From a virus (lineage: Duplodnaviria > Caudoviricetes): a stretch of DNA of 64,000 nt. Position numbers and translations under genes: made by a program. Shown here one piece after another: positions 47,077-56,115 of this stretch. Numbering within the stretch: the first letter of the stretch is position 1; each line of letters starts with the position of its first letter. The stretch lies in IMG/VR virus record IMGVR_UViG_3300003375_000001, positions 64,001 to 128,000 of that record. The stretch is one strand, 5' to 3'. The notes beneath the pieces are model-generated. The model was not told the origin of the DNA and ran no database searches. It saw nothing but the letters and a program-made list of their open reading frames with translations.

Positions 47077-47457
47077 ATGGACAACGCTGAACTTCTCAAA
47101 GTCACAGTAGTTCAGGTAGCTACCTTGATGGCAAAGTTAAGTAGCCATGACAAATTACTGAAGGTGATACCTGTTCACCCGAGTGAACCGCGAGCTGGTA
47201 CTATAGAAGAGAACGACGATCATGTAAGTCTATTCTTGCCTAGTTACCAAGTTGCAGAGGCGACCTCTAGACCGTTCGTCTTCTACTGGCGTAATGGAAA
47301 GCACGAGACTCTTTACGGGTCAACAGTAGAAGGCGCTTTCTCTACAAAGTACGGACGAGGTGCTATGCCTGCCCTTGACTTCTTTACTGACTACGGACCT
47401 GACATCCAGTATACTTGGAACCCCGAAACTCGTGAATGGGATAATAATCATGCGTAA
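47077..47457 (+). CDS. hypothetical protein
   Basis: ATG 47077 after AAGGAGG. Confidence 0.7.
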   Translation: MDNAELLKVTVVQVATLMAKLSSHDKLLKVIPVHPSEPRAGTIEENDDHVSLFLPSYQVAEATSRPFVFYWRNGKHETLYGSTVEGAFSTKYGRGAMPALDFFTDYGPDIQYTWNPETREWDNNHA

Positions 47458-48226
47458 CACCTATTACTACGTTCAGCGTCTTCTGTACGAAAGCGAGCCT
47501 AGATTGGGCCTTCTCAAACGTGATCCTCCTCAACATGTATCCGCTGTGGTAGCTCACGACTTTATGGGATCTTCCGAGTTCGAATGGGGATCTGTACCCA
47601 AAACTTGGAGTTACCTGACAACAGGTGAACGATCAAGTAGGAGTGTGAGCGAACTTAAGCTAGGGGTTATTCCAAAGGAAGACTTTGGAGGCAAACGCGA
47701 CTTGTTCCTTCTTTGCGATCCTGTAGACATGGACGCGGCGAGGATGGCCTTAGAATACCTTTGCGTCAAGGACGCGCCGTCTTGCAAAGAACGCACAGGC
47801 ATAAGCTCTGCGCTTTTTGACGACAAAGATCCTGAACATCGCATGTGGCTCGGCGTGGACAACTTCGTAGGCAGTACGCCAACGCCTACTAGGCCACCTG
47901 TCTTGTTTGGAACGTCCAAGCAAGAAATTATGGTGGTGCTTCTAGCGATCCTTGCACGCCGGCGCTTTTTGTTGAAAGATGTTCTGTTGGAGCAGGAAGA
48001 AATTCGAGTGTTGGATCAAGTGTTTTGGCCGCACAAAGGAAAACTCACTATTTTCAAAGTGGCGGCTGACCTGGACAACGCTGATGGTTTGCCTATGCTC
48101 CACCTTAAGCACTATACCACAAAGCGTTTCGTGCACAAGGATTATCCTCTTCGGGTGACTAATGTTAATGAAGACTTGCTTCTAAGCATAGTTGGAGCAG
48201 GTAACATCGAAACATTCTTTAGCTAA
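47450..48226 (+). CDS. hypothetical protein
   Basis: ATG 47450; FMGSSEFEWG motif. Confidence 0.7.
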   Translation: MRNTYYYVQRLLYESEPRLGLLKRDPPQHVSAVVAHDFMGSSEFEWGSVPKTWSYLTTGERSSRSVSELKLGVIPKEDFGGKRDLFLLCDPVDMDAARMALEYLCVKDAPSCKERTGISSALFDDKDPEHRMWLGVDNFVGSTPTPTRPPVLFGTSKQEIMVVLLAILARRRFLLKDVLLEQEEIRVLDQVFWPHKGKLTIFKVAADLDNADGLPMLHLKHYTTKRFVHKDYPLRVTNVNEDLLLSIVGAGNIETFFS

Positions 48227-48240
48227 GGACCAGACTAGTT

Positions 48241-48666
48241 ATGGGTAATTCTTTTGTATATAGTGTAAAAGGCCTTGGTCACTGGTATGAAAACAAGGAA
48301 GCTGACGGTAAGTACTGGGTTACTAATCCTGATTATCCAAACGAACGCTATTCATTCGAAACCGAGACGTGGGCTAGAGCCTGTACTATAGCGTTCAACA
48401 AACCTCAAACACTGAGACGTTTCATAGGTACTGTGACCACGGTCTCGGGTGTTAATGTTTCGTTTGTCAACCAGCGGCCTATGTCCTATTACTATATGGG
48501 TGATACCAAGCCGAGCTGGCTATTTATAGTGGTCAACTTAGTGCTAGGCCTCGACAAAATTATCGTGTTTGAAGATGTCACAAAGCGCATGCAAAGGGCT
48601 ATCGAAGTCAGAAAAAAGATAAAAGACGCGGTTCACGTTTTTCTTTGGGGCACAGGAAATTCGTGA
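48241..48666 (+). CDS. hypothetical protein
   Basis: 141 aa, AAGGA RBS. Confidence 0.65.
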   Translation: MGNSFVYSVKGLGHWYENKEADGKYWVTNPDYPNERYSFETETWARACTIAFNKPQTLRRFIGTVTTVSGVNVSFVNQRPMSYYYMGDTKPSWLFIVVNLVLGLDKIIVFEDVTKRMQRAIEVRKKIKDAVHVFLWGTGNS

Positions 48667-48672
48667 TATAAT
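48664..48672 (+). promoter_or_regulatory. extended -10 promoter for ligase
   Basis: perfect TG-A-TATAAT ~30 nt before ATG 48702. Confidence 0.65.
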
Positions 48673-48701
48673 GAACTGTGTCTAAACTGGAGAGAAAAGT
48701 C

Positions 48702-50645
48702 ATGACGAAAGCTGAAATGCTGGCACTGTCGCTGGCGAAGAGGAAGTCCTTGTATAGCAAGGCGAAGCAGGCTTACTACAATTCGGAAGATGGAAAGGCC
48801 ATCCTGACCGATGCTATGTTTGACCTGTTGGAAGAAAGCATCCGAGTTGAAGAACCTAAATGGTCAGGACTCAAAGCCACTGGAGTAAAGGTCGGTAAGA
48901 AAGTAGAAGCTGACCTCGACGTGCCTTGTGCGTCACTCGAAAAGATTCTGCATGACAACCCTAAGGCCTTCGAACGTTGGAAAACGGCCGTTAGTCGTCT
49001 GCACTCTCACGCACACCTGAGCCGTAAGTTAGATGGTTCATCTTTGCAAGGTACTTGGATCAAAGGTACCTTGACACGTCTTCGCACCCGGGGTGATGGT
49101 GTGAAGGGAAAAGACATCAGCTATTTCATCCCGTATGTAAGTTTGCCAAAGACCTTGGTTGGCGTACCTGACAAGCTGGTGATTCGTTTCGAGGCCGTCA
49201 TCAAGCGTTCCGTCTATGAAAAGAAGTGGGCTAAACACTTCGAGTCGGCCCGCGCTTTGTCCTCGGCAGTGTTCAATCGGCAGGACGTTCACGAAGCCCT
49301 GAAAGACGTTGACCTCGTTGCCTTGAAGGTTCAACACCCCGTTATGGCACCCGCCGTAGGCTCAACGTTTCTGTGCAAGCATTACTTCGTTACCCCAGTT
49401 GGTGGTCGGGTGCCTCTGGAAAAGCTCACTCTGGAAAAGCTTACATCTTACACCGTCAACTCAAAGCAGGACTCCGAGTATGACATGGACGGCGTTGTTA
49501 TTCAGTCCGGCTCTGAAGATCCTAATCACTTTGTTGACACTGAAGATCGGCCCAAACTGGCGAAGGCCTTCAAGGTTAACACCGAAGTGGAAGAAGCCAT
49601 CGAGACAGTAATCGTAGGCATGGTTATCAAAGCTTCGTCATTCGGCGTACTCGTCCCCAAGGCGGTCATCAAGCCTGTGAAGATTGGTGACGTTACAGTA
49701 ACCAACGCAGCCGTGTATAACTTCAAGTGGGCTATTGACCGTGGCGCAGACATCGGTGCTACCGTGAAGGTTATCAGAGGGGGTGACATCATCCCTAAGA
49801 TTGTAGCGGTCACTAAGCCTGTCAAGTTCAAGTCCTATCCTAGCAAACAAAAGTTTGGCGAATACGACTGGGATGAAACTAAAACCAACCTCGTCCTTGT
49901 AGAGAAAGACTCGAAGGCCGTCATAGCTCAAAAGTTCCTGCGCTATTTCAACAAGCTTAAAATGGCCGATACCGGTATTGCACTAGCTACAAAGCTCGCG
50001 GACGCTGGGTATACTAGTACTGCTGAACTGGTATCCCTCAGCCTCTACGAAATTTCTTGCCTACCTGGTATCAAAGACTCTGCAAAGAAGTTGTATGGCC
50101 AGCTCTCTAGGGTTAGCAAGGGTGAGTACACTATTGTAGACCTGATGGCTGCCTCCTGCGTCTTTGATAAAGGCGTAGGTAGTACAAAGCTAGAAGCAGT
50201 ATACAGACACAATCCAGCATTGATGACAAGCAAGATTCCAACGGTAGCTAAAGAGCGTCAACGGTTCATAAAAGAACTAGAGGCTGAGGTTGCTACTATC
50301 AAAGGTAACGGCTGCGGTCCTGTCTTCGCAAAACTATACGCGTCCAAGTATGTAGAGTTTCAGGACTGGCGAAAAGAAGCTGGCTACCCCGAAGTGTGTA
50401 AGCCTAGTAACTTAAAGAAGCCTTCTGGCGCTGGTGGTACGTTGTCTGGGGAAGTAGTTACCATGACGGGCTACCGCGACGCGGAAGAGGTAGCCGCGTT
50501 GGAAGCCGCAGGTGCTGTGGTAGACAAGTTCAGCGCAAAGACCACGATTCTTTTGCACAGGCCAACAGGCAAGCGGTCAACTAAGTTAGACAAGGCTGCT
50601 AACGCGGGTATGCGTGTTTGTGAATTCAAGGACCTCAAGCTATGA
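48702..50645 (+). CDS. ligA: NAD-dependent DNA ligase
   Basis: YYNS....LTD..FD.L, SLEK, KLDG, TRGDG..G.DI, YDMDGVVI, AFK, IRGGDIIPKI, HhH, BRCT; ATG 48702 with GGAG preferred over GTG 48678. Confidence 0.95.
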   Translation: MTKAEMLALSLAKRKSLYSKAKQAYYNSEDGKAILTDAMFDLLEESIRVEEPKWSGLKATGVKVGKKVEADLDVPCASLEKILHDNPKAFERWKTAVSRLHSHAHLSRKLDGSSLQGTWIKGTLTRLRTRGDGVKGKDISYFIPYVSLPKTLVGVPDKLVIRFEAVIKRSVYEKKWAKHFESARALSSAVFNRQDVHEALKDVDLVALKVQHPVMAPAVGSTFLCKHYFVTPVGGRVPLEKLTLEKLTSYTVNSKQDSEYDMDGVVIQSGSEDPNHFVDTEDRPKLAKAFKVNTEVEEAIETVIVGMVIKASSFGVLVPKAVIKPVKIGDVTVTNAAVYNFKWAIDRGADIGATVKVIRGGDIIPKIVAVTKPVKFKSYPSKQKFGEYDWDETKTNLVLVEKDSKAVIAQKFLRYFNKLKMADTGIALATKLADAGYTSTAELVSLSLYEISCLPGIKDSAKKLYGQLSRVSKGEYTIVDLMAASCVFDKGVGSTKLEAVYRHNPALMTSKIPTVAKERQRFIKELEAEVATIKGNGCGPVFAKLYASKYVEFQDWRKEAGYPEVCKPSNLKKPSGAGGTLSGEVVTMTGYRDAEEVAALEAAGAVVDKFSAKTTILLHRPTGKRSTKLDKAANAGMRVCEFKDLKL

Positions 50646-51076
50646 CTACACTGAACTATGAGAAGTCGCCGCGCCCTGTTCATAACAGTGAGCTTCCTGT
50701 GTTTCCTCTTCCCGGTTGGAAAGAAAAGGCACCCAGTCCTACCTGGGTTAACCCTGCTGCTTTGAAGCCCCGAATCGTATGGGTGGCTGGCCTTAAGTTA
50801 ACCATCCCTCGTTCTGGTTGGAATACGGATAAAGGTGCTTGGCTATGCCATAACGAATACTGGATAACGGCTCAAGGGTCTTCACCAGAAGAGGCCTACG
50901 TCAAATGGCTTAAAAGAATGCAGTCCTTTTACGTAATCAAAAGACACGGTTGGTGGAATAAACGAGGCGCGCAAAACTGGTATAACGCTAACTGTTGGGC
51001 AGTGCGATCTTACATAGGTGACAAACGCATTTGCGGGTACCTCCCACAAACCGACGAACTTGTTCTTCAAGGATGA
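50642..51076 (+). CDS. Trp-rich hypothetical protein
   Basis: ATGA-coupled. Confidence 0.6.
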   Translation: MTTLNYEKSPRPVHNSELPVFPLPGWKEKAPSPTWVNPAALKPRIVWVAGLKLTIPRSGWNTDKGAWLCHNEYWITAQGSSPEEAYVKWLKRMQSFYVIKRHGWWNKRGAQNWYNANCWAVRSYIGDKRICGYLPQTDELVLQG

Positions 51077-51354
51077 CTGTCATGATAACCATTCGAGTGC
51101 TTAGCGGTGGCGTGCACCGTTGTAATGAGAAGCGTGAGCCTCAGGCGTTTCTCGGTAACATAATCAGAGATCGTACTGACGAAGGTCCTTGGGACATGTA
51201 TCACGGTCCGTGGCGGTTCATCCAGTTAAGACCTGTCTCCCTGACTCAAGAGGACATAATCAAAATCTTTCCTAAGGTAGAGATTCTTAACATGCGTACC
51301 CGTATGTTAGGCACATGCGGAATAACTGATGACAGCATGCCGGAGGACTTCTAA
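51073..51354 (+). CDS. hypothetical protein
   Basis: ATGA-coupled start 51073. Confidence 0.55.
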   Translation: MTVMITIRVLSGGVHRCNEKREPQAFLGNIIRDRTDEGPWDMYHGPWRFIQLRPVSLTQEDIIKIFPKVEILNMRTRMLGTCGITDDSMPEDF

Positions 51355-51356
51355 CA

Positions 51357-51923
51357 ATGACAGTCTTTCAACGTGTACTCCCCGGTCATAGAAACGTATG
51401 GCCAGAGGACTTAACTGTTATTTCTAACTTCGGCCTTGTTGTTTTGTTAAAGAAGTGCAATGGGCGTATAGCTAACTGCCAGGCTAAGATTGACTTGAGT
51501 TCCTTTGACATAGACTGCCCTGACGAAAGACGAAGAAGCCTGAAAGCTAGCATCCGTCAGGCCTACTTGGACAGAGACAGTATATTGCAGGAGATGTTGG
51601 CGCGACACAAGGCTAAGTTTTGCCTAGGCGATGACATCACACTTCCACGCCTCGGAGTCAAGTCGGTTATAGCTTCCGAAATAGCCATTGCCAGAGACAA
51701 CGCAAGTGTTATACTGGCAACTGAAAAACTAAAGGCAAAGGAAGCAGACGCTGCCAGGAAACATGAACTAGACCTGCTCAGAGCAGGCAGTGAAGCAGAG
51801 GTCATGAAGACCGTTATAAAAGAAATGCTGGGGTTAACCATTTACTACCAGGTAAAAGAGGTAGTAGCTAAACGACTAAACGAACAACTTGGAGTTCAAG
51901 ATGAAGACAGTATTGAAAACTGA
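51357..51923 (+). CDS. hypothetical coiled-coil protein
   Basis: GGAGG RBS. Confidence 0.65.
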   Translation: MTVFQRVLPGHRNVWPEDLTVISNFGLVVLLKKCNGRIANCQAKIDLSSFDIDCPDERRRSLKASIRQAYLDRDSILQEMLARHKAKFCLGDDITLPRLGVKSVIASEIAIARDNASVILATEKLKAKEADAARKHELDLLRAGSEAEVMKTVIKEMLGLTIYYQVKEVVAKRLNEQLGVQDEDSIEN

Positions 51924-52191
51924 AGCAGTCAAAGCCGGTCTATGGCTATTTGCACTTATGATAGCTGCCCTTGCTGTACTATGGGGTGACTTCAGTAATA
52001 GCTTTGGAACTAACGATGTGGCTAAGAAAGTTTACGAGGAGACCGACTACGCTGCCATAGAAGCGACCTTCAACAGGTGTGTGGCTGAAGCCTCTGAAGG
52101 TGACGACGTTGTAAAGGACTGTCGCAATACAGCCGAAGAGATAGAAGAGGGTAAAGCCCTTGAACGCATCCGCCGAAAGGAACACCAATGA
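51901..52191 (+). CDS. membrane-anchored/secreted small protein
   Basis: GGAG RBS; N-terminal hydrophobic helix; Cys pair in soluble part. Confidence 0.6.
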   Translation: MKTVLKTEAVKAGLWLFALMIAALAVLWGDFSNSFGTNDVAKKVYEETDYAAIEATFNRCVAEASEGDDVVKDCRNTAEEIEEGKALERIRRKEHQ

Positions 52192-52448
52192 AAGTACGTG
52201 GTCGCTCAATCCCCGAAGCAGTTCTGGAAGAAGCTCGATCCATTCTGTCTTTGGGGCGGTATGACGAAGGCGTGTTATCTGTTTCTATAGCCTATGACAT
52301 CTGTTGCGTTGTCATGGACTCTATTCAGGAGCAGGAAAAAGAGCTGCGAAGGAGTCTAGCCATTGCCGAGTCTACTATAACAGACCGCAACGCTACTATT
52401 CTCGGCCTTCACCGCCAGATAAAGGAATTGAAGAATGAGAAAGACTGA
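52188..52448 (+). CDS. hypothetical protein
   Basis: ATGA-coupled; C-terminal coiled coil. Confidence 0.6.
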   Translation: MKVRGRSIPEAVLEEARSILSLGRYDEGVLSVSIAYDICCVVMDSIQEQEKELRRSLAIAESTITDRNATILGLHRQIKELKNEKD

Positions 52449-52935
52449 CTTTAATCCAACAGAAAATCTTAAAGAACTTTACGCCATGCTATGGGGTATA
52501 CCAGATGAAAAGTTTGAACTTGAGTGTTGGCGCTCGGTTAAAGGGGACCCAACGCTTGGCATGTATATACCTGACGAACGTTTGATAACCGATTGCGGCA
52601 CCGCGGCCTGCGCCATTGGTTTTGCTACGGCCTATCCTCCTTTTGTAAAACAAGGCCTGACCATTAGTCATAAGATCGAAGACAGTGAGCCTAGGTTTAA
52701 ACACTTCAAGGGGTGGAATGCCGTTACAAGATTCTTTGGTGTAAATGACATTCAGGCAAACTTTCTGTTTCTTAAGTCCCATTACGAGGTAGCGTCTGAG
52801 GTGCCAACCAAGTATAATGTTATGCGACGTATATTGTCTGTCTTATACGACAATGGCCATATAGACATACATCGGATGTTAGCCTGTAAAAGGGAAGTCA
52901 AAAACTTGGAATTAGGAGTCCTACCATGTCCATAA
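52435..52935 (+). CDS. hypothetical protein, CGTAACAIG family copy 1
   Basis: paralog of next gene. Confidence 0.75.
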   Translation: MRKTDFNPTENLKELYAMLWGIPDEKFELECWRSVKGDPTLGMYIPDERLITDCGTAACAIGFATAYPPFVKQGLTISHKIEDSEPRFKHFKGWNAVTRFFGVNDIQANFLFLKSHYEVASEVPTKYNVMRRILSVLYDNGHIDIHRMLACKREVKNLELGVLPCP

Positions 52936-53384
52936 CACCAGTTAACGATCCTGTAGACAACCTTAAAGAACTGTGGGCACTACTAGACGGCATACCTGAT
53001 GAGAGATTCGACCTTGAGAGCTGGCGTAGCGTTCCTGATATCAGCGACAACGATCTTATAACTGGTTGCGGTACAGCCGCTTGCGCTATAGGATGGGCCA
53101 CGGCCAACCCACTGTTTAAGGCCCGCGGTTTTTACGTTGGCCGTTACAGTCCTAGTTACAACGAGTACAATGGCTGGCGCGCGGTAGAAGAATTCTTTGG
53201 CCTAACTGGAGAAGCCGCCCTGTGGCTATTCCACAAAAACTCGTATACAGAACCTACAAAGACGAGTGTGATGAACCGCATTCTCGAACACCTGTGTGAG
53301 TTCGGGCACATCACGAAGGCTCGCAAAGACCTTCTGTGGAAGCCTATTCTCGAAGACGTGTTTGAATGTTCTACTTGCGATTGA
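52926..53384 (+). CDS. hypothetical protein, CGTAACAIG family copy 2
   Basis: paralog of previous gene; AGGAG RBS. Confidence 0.75.
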   Translation: MSITPVNDPVDNLKELWALLDGIPDERFDLESWRSVPDISDNDLITGCGTAACAIGWATANPLFKARGFYVGRYSPSYNEYNGWRAVEEFFGLTGEAALWLFHKNSYTEPTKTSVMNRILEHLCEFGHITKARKDLLWKPILEDVFECSTCD

Positions 53385-53397
53385 TAGGACAACCAGC

Positions 53398-53604
53398 ATG
53401 ACTGACGAAGACTCTGAAAAATTCGTAGGTGACGCTTCTGCGGCATTCATAGCCAAAGTTAACGACACCATTATCCCGTCCACGTTGTCGTCTCATCCCG
53501 GCCGTGTCATTCGGCGATTGAAACGTCTTGGCATAACGTCTGCGGAGATCTGGAAATGCAGTTTAAGAAAGAAACGAAAGGCGGATGGTTTCACCCTTCC
53601 GTAA
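53398..53604 (+). CDS. hypothetical protein
   Basis: ATG 53398 after AGGA. Confidence 0.5.
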   Translation: MTDEDSEKFVGDASAAFIAKVNDTIIPSTLSSHPGRVIRRLKRLGITSAEIWKCSLRKKRKADGFTLP

Positions 53605-53984
53605 AACCTCCGTGTAAGCTAGTCTTATGCAAGGTATGTATTCATCCTAGAGGTTCCATCTACTACGCGGTATGGGACTTGTATCAATGGCTGACGTTCT
53701 CTTCGGACAAGCAGGCTGCCTTGAACATGTCTCATCACACAGACATACCTTTCTATTGGCAGGTGGTTAAAGAAATAGACAGCGTACCTATGACTAGCAA
53801 GCCTCCGGGTACGGGGTGGTACAAGGTCAAGATGAAGTCGCCCGCTGTTAAACACTGTGTTTTCTGGTGCTACTGGAATGGTGTCGACTGGTCTCAACTC
53901 TTCCCTGCGTTCCCTCATAAGTCTACACGCTTGGTGTTCTCTAAGAAAGACTTAATATACCTGTCAAACAATCTAGCATTTTAA
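53556..53984 (+). CDS. hypothetical protein with two KPP...W..W repeat units
   Basis: internal duplication, GGAG upstream. Confidence 0.6.
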   Translation: MQFKKETKGGWFHPSVKPPCKLVLCKVCIHPRGSIYYAVWDLYQWLTFSSDKQAALNMSHHTDIPFYWQVVKEIDSVPMTSKPPGTGWYKVKMKSPAVKHCVFWCYWNGVDWSQLFPAFPHKSTRLVFSKKDLIYLSNNLAF

Positions 53985-54020
53985 TGCGGCCTTTCAACTC
54001 AGTAACTGGAAAGACGCATT

Positions 54021-54203
54021 ATGGCAGACGTATTAAACACCTCAGAACTTATAACTCACCTTGACCCCGATGGAGACACACTTACATGCCTAGGTTGTGG
54101 TAGCCCGATGACCGATAGTAATCAGGCCAATGTATTATGTGCCAAATGTCAGAATGACTTGGAGTCACCGTCGTCTTTCTCAAACGTTAGCCGCGACTTT
54201 TGA
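54021..54203 (+). CDS. small Zn-finger protein
   Basis: CLGC...CAKC. Confidence 0.55.
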   Translation: MADVLNTSELITHLDPDGDTLTCLGCGSPMTDSNQANVLCAKCQNDLESPSSFSNVSRDF

Positions 54204-54412
54204 TCCGTAGTCTTGCGGTGTCGGTTCTGTTAATAAGCAGTGACAAGACACCGCAAGGAGACTGCTTGGGTACTCGTAGCCCTTTAATCTACAAGATATC
54301 ATTAGGCCTATCCTGTGCCACACTATCCCTGTATCCCGCACTGAAGTCTGTCACCTCTCTAGTCTGGCTATACCTAGCATTACCTGTCAAGACCAAAAGA
54401 AAGAACCCCCTT

Positions 54413-54823
54413 ATGCCCAACACCTCGTTTACAGACCTCGAAACCCGTCTCAACAATCTACGGAGGGAAAACGCAAGCTTAGACGCTAGCCCCATTATAG
54501 TGGAACCTGGTAGTCAGCCTGTGGACTACTCTTACGGGTGTCTGCTAATTGACCTGGCAAAGAAAAATCTAGATGAAGCGTGCCCTGATAGACAGAAGGA
54601 ACGTATTAGTCTTTCTCTTGAAGTACTTCATATCGGCCTAGATAGCCTGAAGGAGTGGGCTCGTCTTAAGGGTGTACCTGTCGCTGACCTCAAAGAGCCT
54701 CGCCGTACCTTTCATTTAGAAGCTGGCGTTGTGCCCCATACCGTGTGCACCGCTGACCTAGTAACCCGACTGGGTAGTGGTGCTGCCCAAGGAGAACTGA
54801 AGCACTTTCAAAATAAAGACTGA
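54413..54823 (+). CDS. hypothetical protein (start uncertain: 54200, TTG 54266 or 54413)
   Basis: C-terminal 136 aa look protein-like; the upstream part is atypical. Confidence 0.5.
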   Translation: MPNTSFTDLETRLNNLRRENASLDASPIIVEPGSQPVDYSYGCLLIDLAKKNLDEACPDRQKERISLSLEVLHIGLDSLKEWARLKGVPVADLKEPRRTFHLEAGVVPHTVCTADLVTRLGSGAAQGELKHFQNKD

Positions 54824-54858
54824 AGCGTTGTTGTAGTCACCAAACAGGAGAAAAGCAA

Positions 54859-55215
54859 ATGTACCCAAAAGCAATAACTGGCATCGTTCAAGTAGACACC
54901 GAAGAACAGGTTGTTGATGTTATGGATAACCATAACTCGACTAAACCGAAACGAACGATAAAGCCCAAGTCATTTGATGCGTTTCTTAAACTACACAACG
55001 CCAGAAAGAAGACTGACCATCAACGTTTAGGTCAACGGTTTTGTTTCATGTATGTACCACGCAAGTGGCCCGAGTTGTTTTACGCGGACTTCCCTACAGC
55101 AAAGGAGATGATATGTGCCTGGCTTATTGAAAATCAATTCACTACCTACCTTCCCGAGGTCAACGATCTTGAAAATAGGATTCGTGAACTTCGTGCCAAG
55201 TTCGGCAAAGCTTAA
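54859..55215 (+). CDS. hypothetical protein
   Basis: AGGAG RBS; QRLGQRF...WPELFY. Confidence 0.7.
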   Translation: MYPKAITGIVQVDTEEQVVDVMDNHNSTKPKRTIKPKSFDAFLKLHNARKKTDHQRLGQRFCFMYVPRKWPELFYADFPTAKEMICAWLIENQFTTYLPEVNDLENRIRELRAKFGKA

Positions 55216-55247
55216 TCAAGCAAGCCTCTTTATAGAAAGATCATCAC

Positions 55248-55919
55248 ATGTCTCTCATTTCCAAACTGGTTTCTACTGCTACTGGTCTCGCTCATGACGC
55301 GGTCGACGCATTGACTCCCACTGAGTCAGCCTTGCGTCAAGCAAAGCGTGAAGACGCAGAAGCCATTGACAAGCTCAACGCCTCTTTGGTAGACCTGGAA
55401 GCACGTAAGACCGTCGCACAAGCTAAGTTGAACGAAGCCGACGGTACTGTCGAAAACTGGAACCGCCTTGCGCAGGACAACGCTACGGCATCCAAGGAGA
55501 ATCCTGATAATGCAGATTCCTTTGTCGCCAAGGCTCGCCAGTGTTTGGAGCATGCGCAAGCCAGCAAGGCCCAAGCCGACGCACTACGCAAGGAACTGTC
55601 AACCCTGGAAGAGTCTACGAAAGGTCTGAAGGATCAATTGCTGAAGGCCAAAAGTCAGATCGAAGACAATGCAGCGGGCATTGAAATCCTTGGCATTAAA
55701 GCGTCTGCCGCAGAAGCGAAAGAGGCCGTAGCCGACGTGGTTGCTTCCGCGACATCAGGCCTAGCACGTAACGAACTGACGGACAAGATCGTACACCAGG
55801 ACGCAGTGGCTTCAGCCCGAATCAACCTCGCTAGTGAGTCGAACCCGACAGCCAATGACTTTGAAGTGCCTAAGACTTCGAGCGTTGACGCCGCCCTTGC
55901 CGACTTGCTGAAAAAGTAA
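55248..55919 (+). CDS. pspA: PspA/IM30 family protein
   Basis: 223 aa; N-terminal amphipathic helix, ..P...L.QA.R, long coiled coil with W...A..A, C-terminal VDA.LA.L. Confidence 0.75.
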   Translation: MSLISKLVSTATGLAHDAVDALTPTESALRQAKREDAEAIDKLNASLVDLEARKTVAQAKLNEADGTVENWNRLAQDNATASKENPDNADSFVAKARQCLEHAQASKAQADALRKELSTLEESTKGLKDQLLKAKSQIEDNAAGIEILGIKASAAEAKEAVADVVASATSGLARNELTDKIVHQDAVASARINLASESNPTANDFEVPKTSSVDAALADLLKK

Positions 55920-55920
55920 C

Positions 55921-56115
55921 GTGTCAAAGGCCCTTGAGTTTAAAGGCCACACTGTTATGCCTGGAACTGTTCTACATGAGCTGCTTACCAAAGGTGAGAC
56001 AAAGAAAGCGAATGAACAGTTCCAGCAAGTGTTGACTACTTACAAAAAGCTTACTGGCGAGTTCGCTAAAGCTTCTGTTCAATCTCCCGAAACTATTGAA
56101 GGAGTTAAATCATGA
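55921..56115 (+). CDS. small hypothetical protein
   Basis: GTG 1 nt after pspA stop; GHTVMPG..LHELL. Confidence 0.6.
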   Translation: MSKALEFKGHTVMPGTVLHELLTKGETKKANEQFQQVLTTYKKLTGEFAKASVQSPETIEGVKS

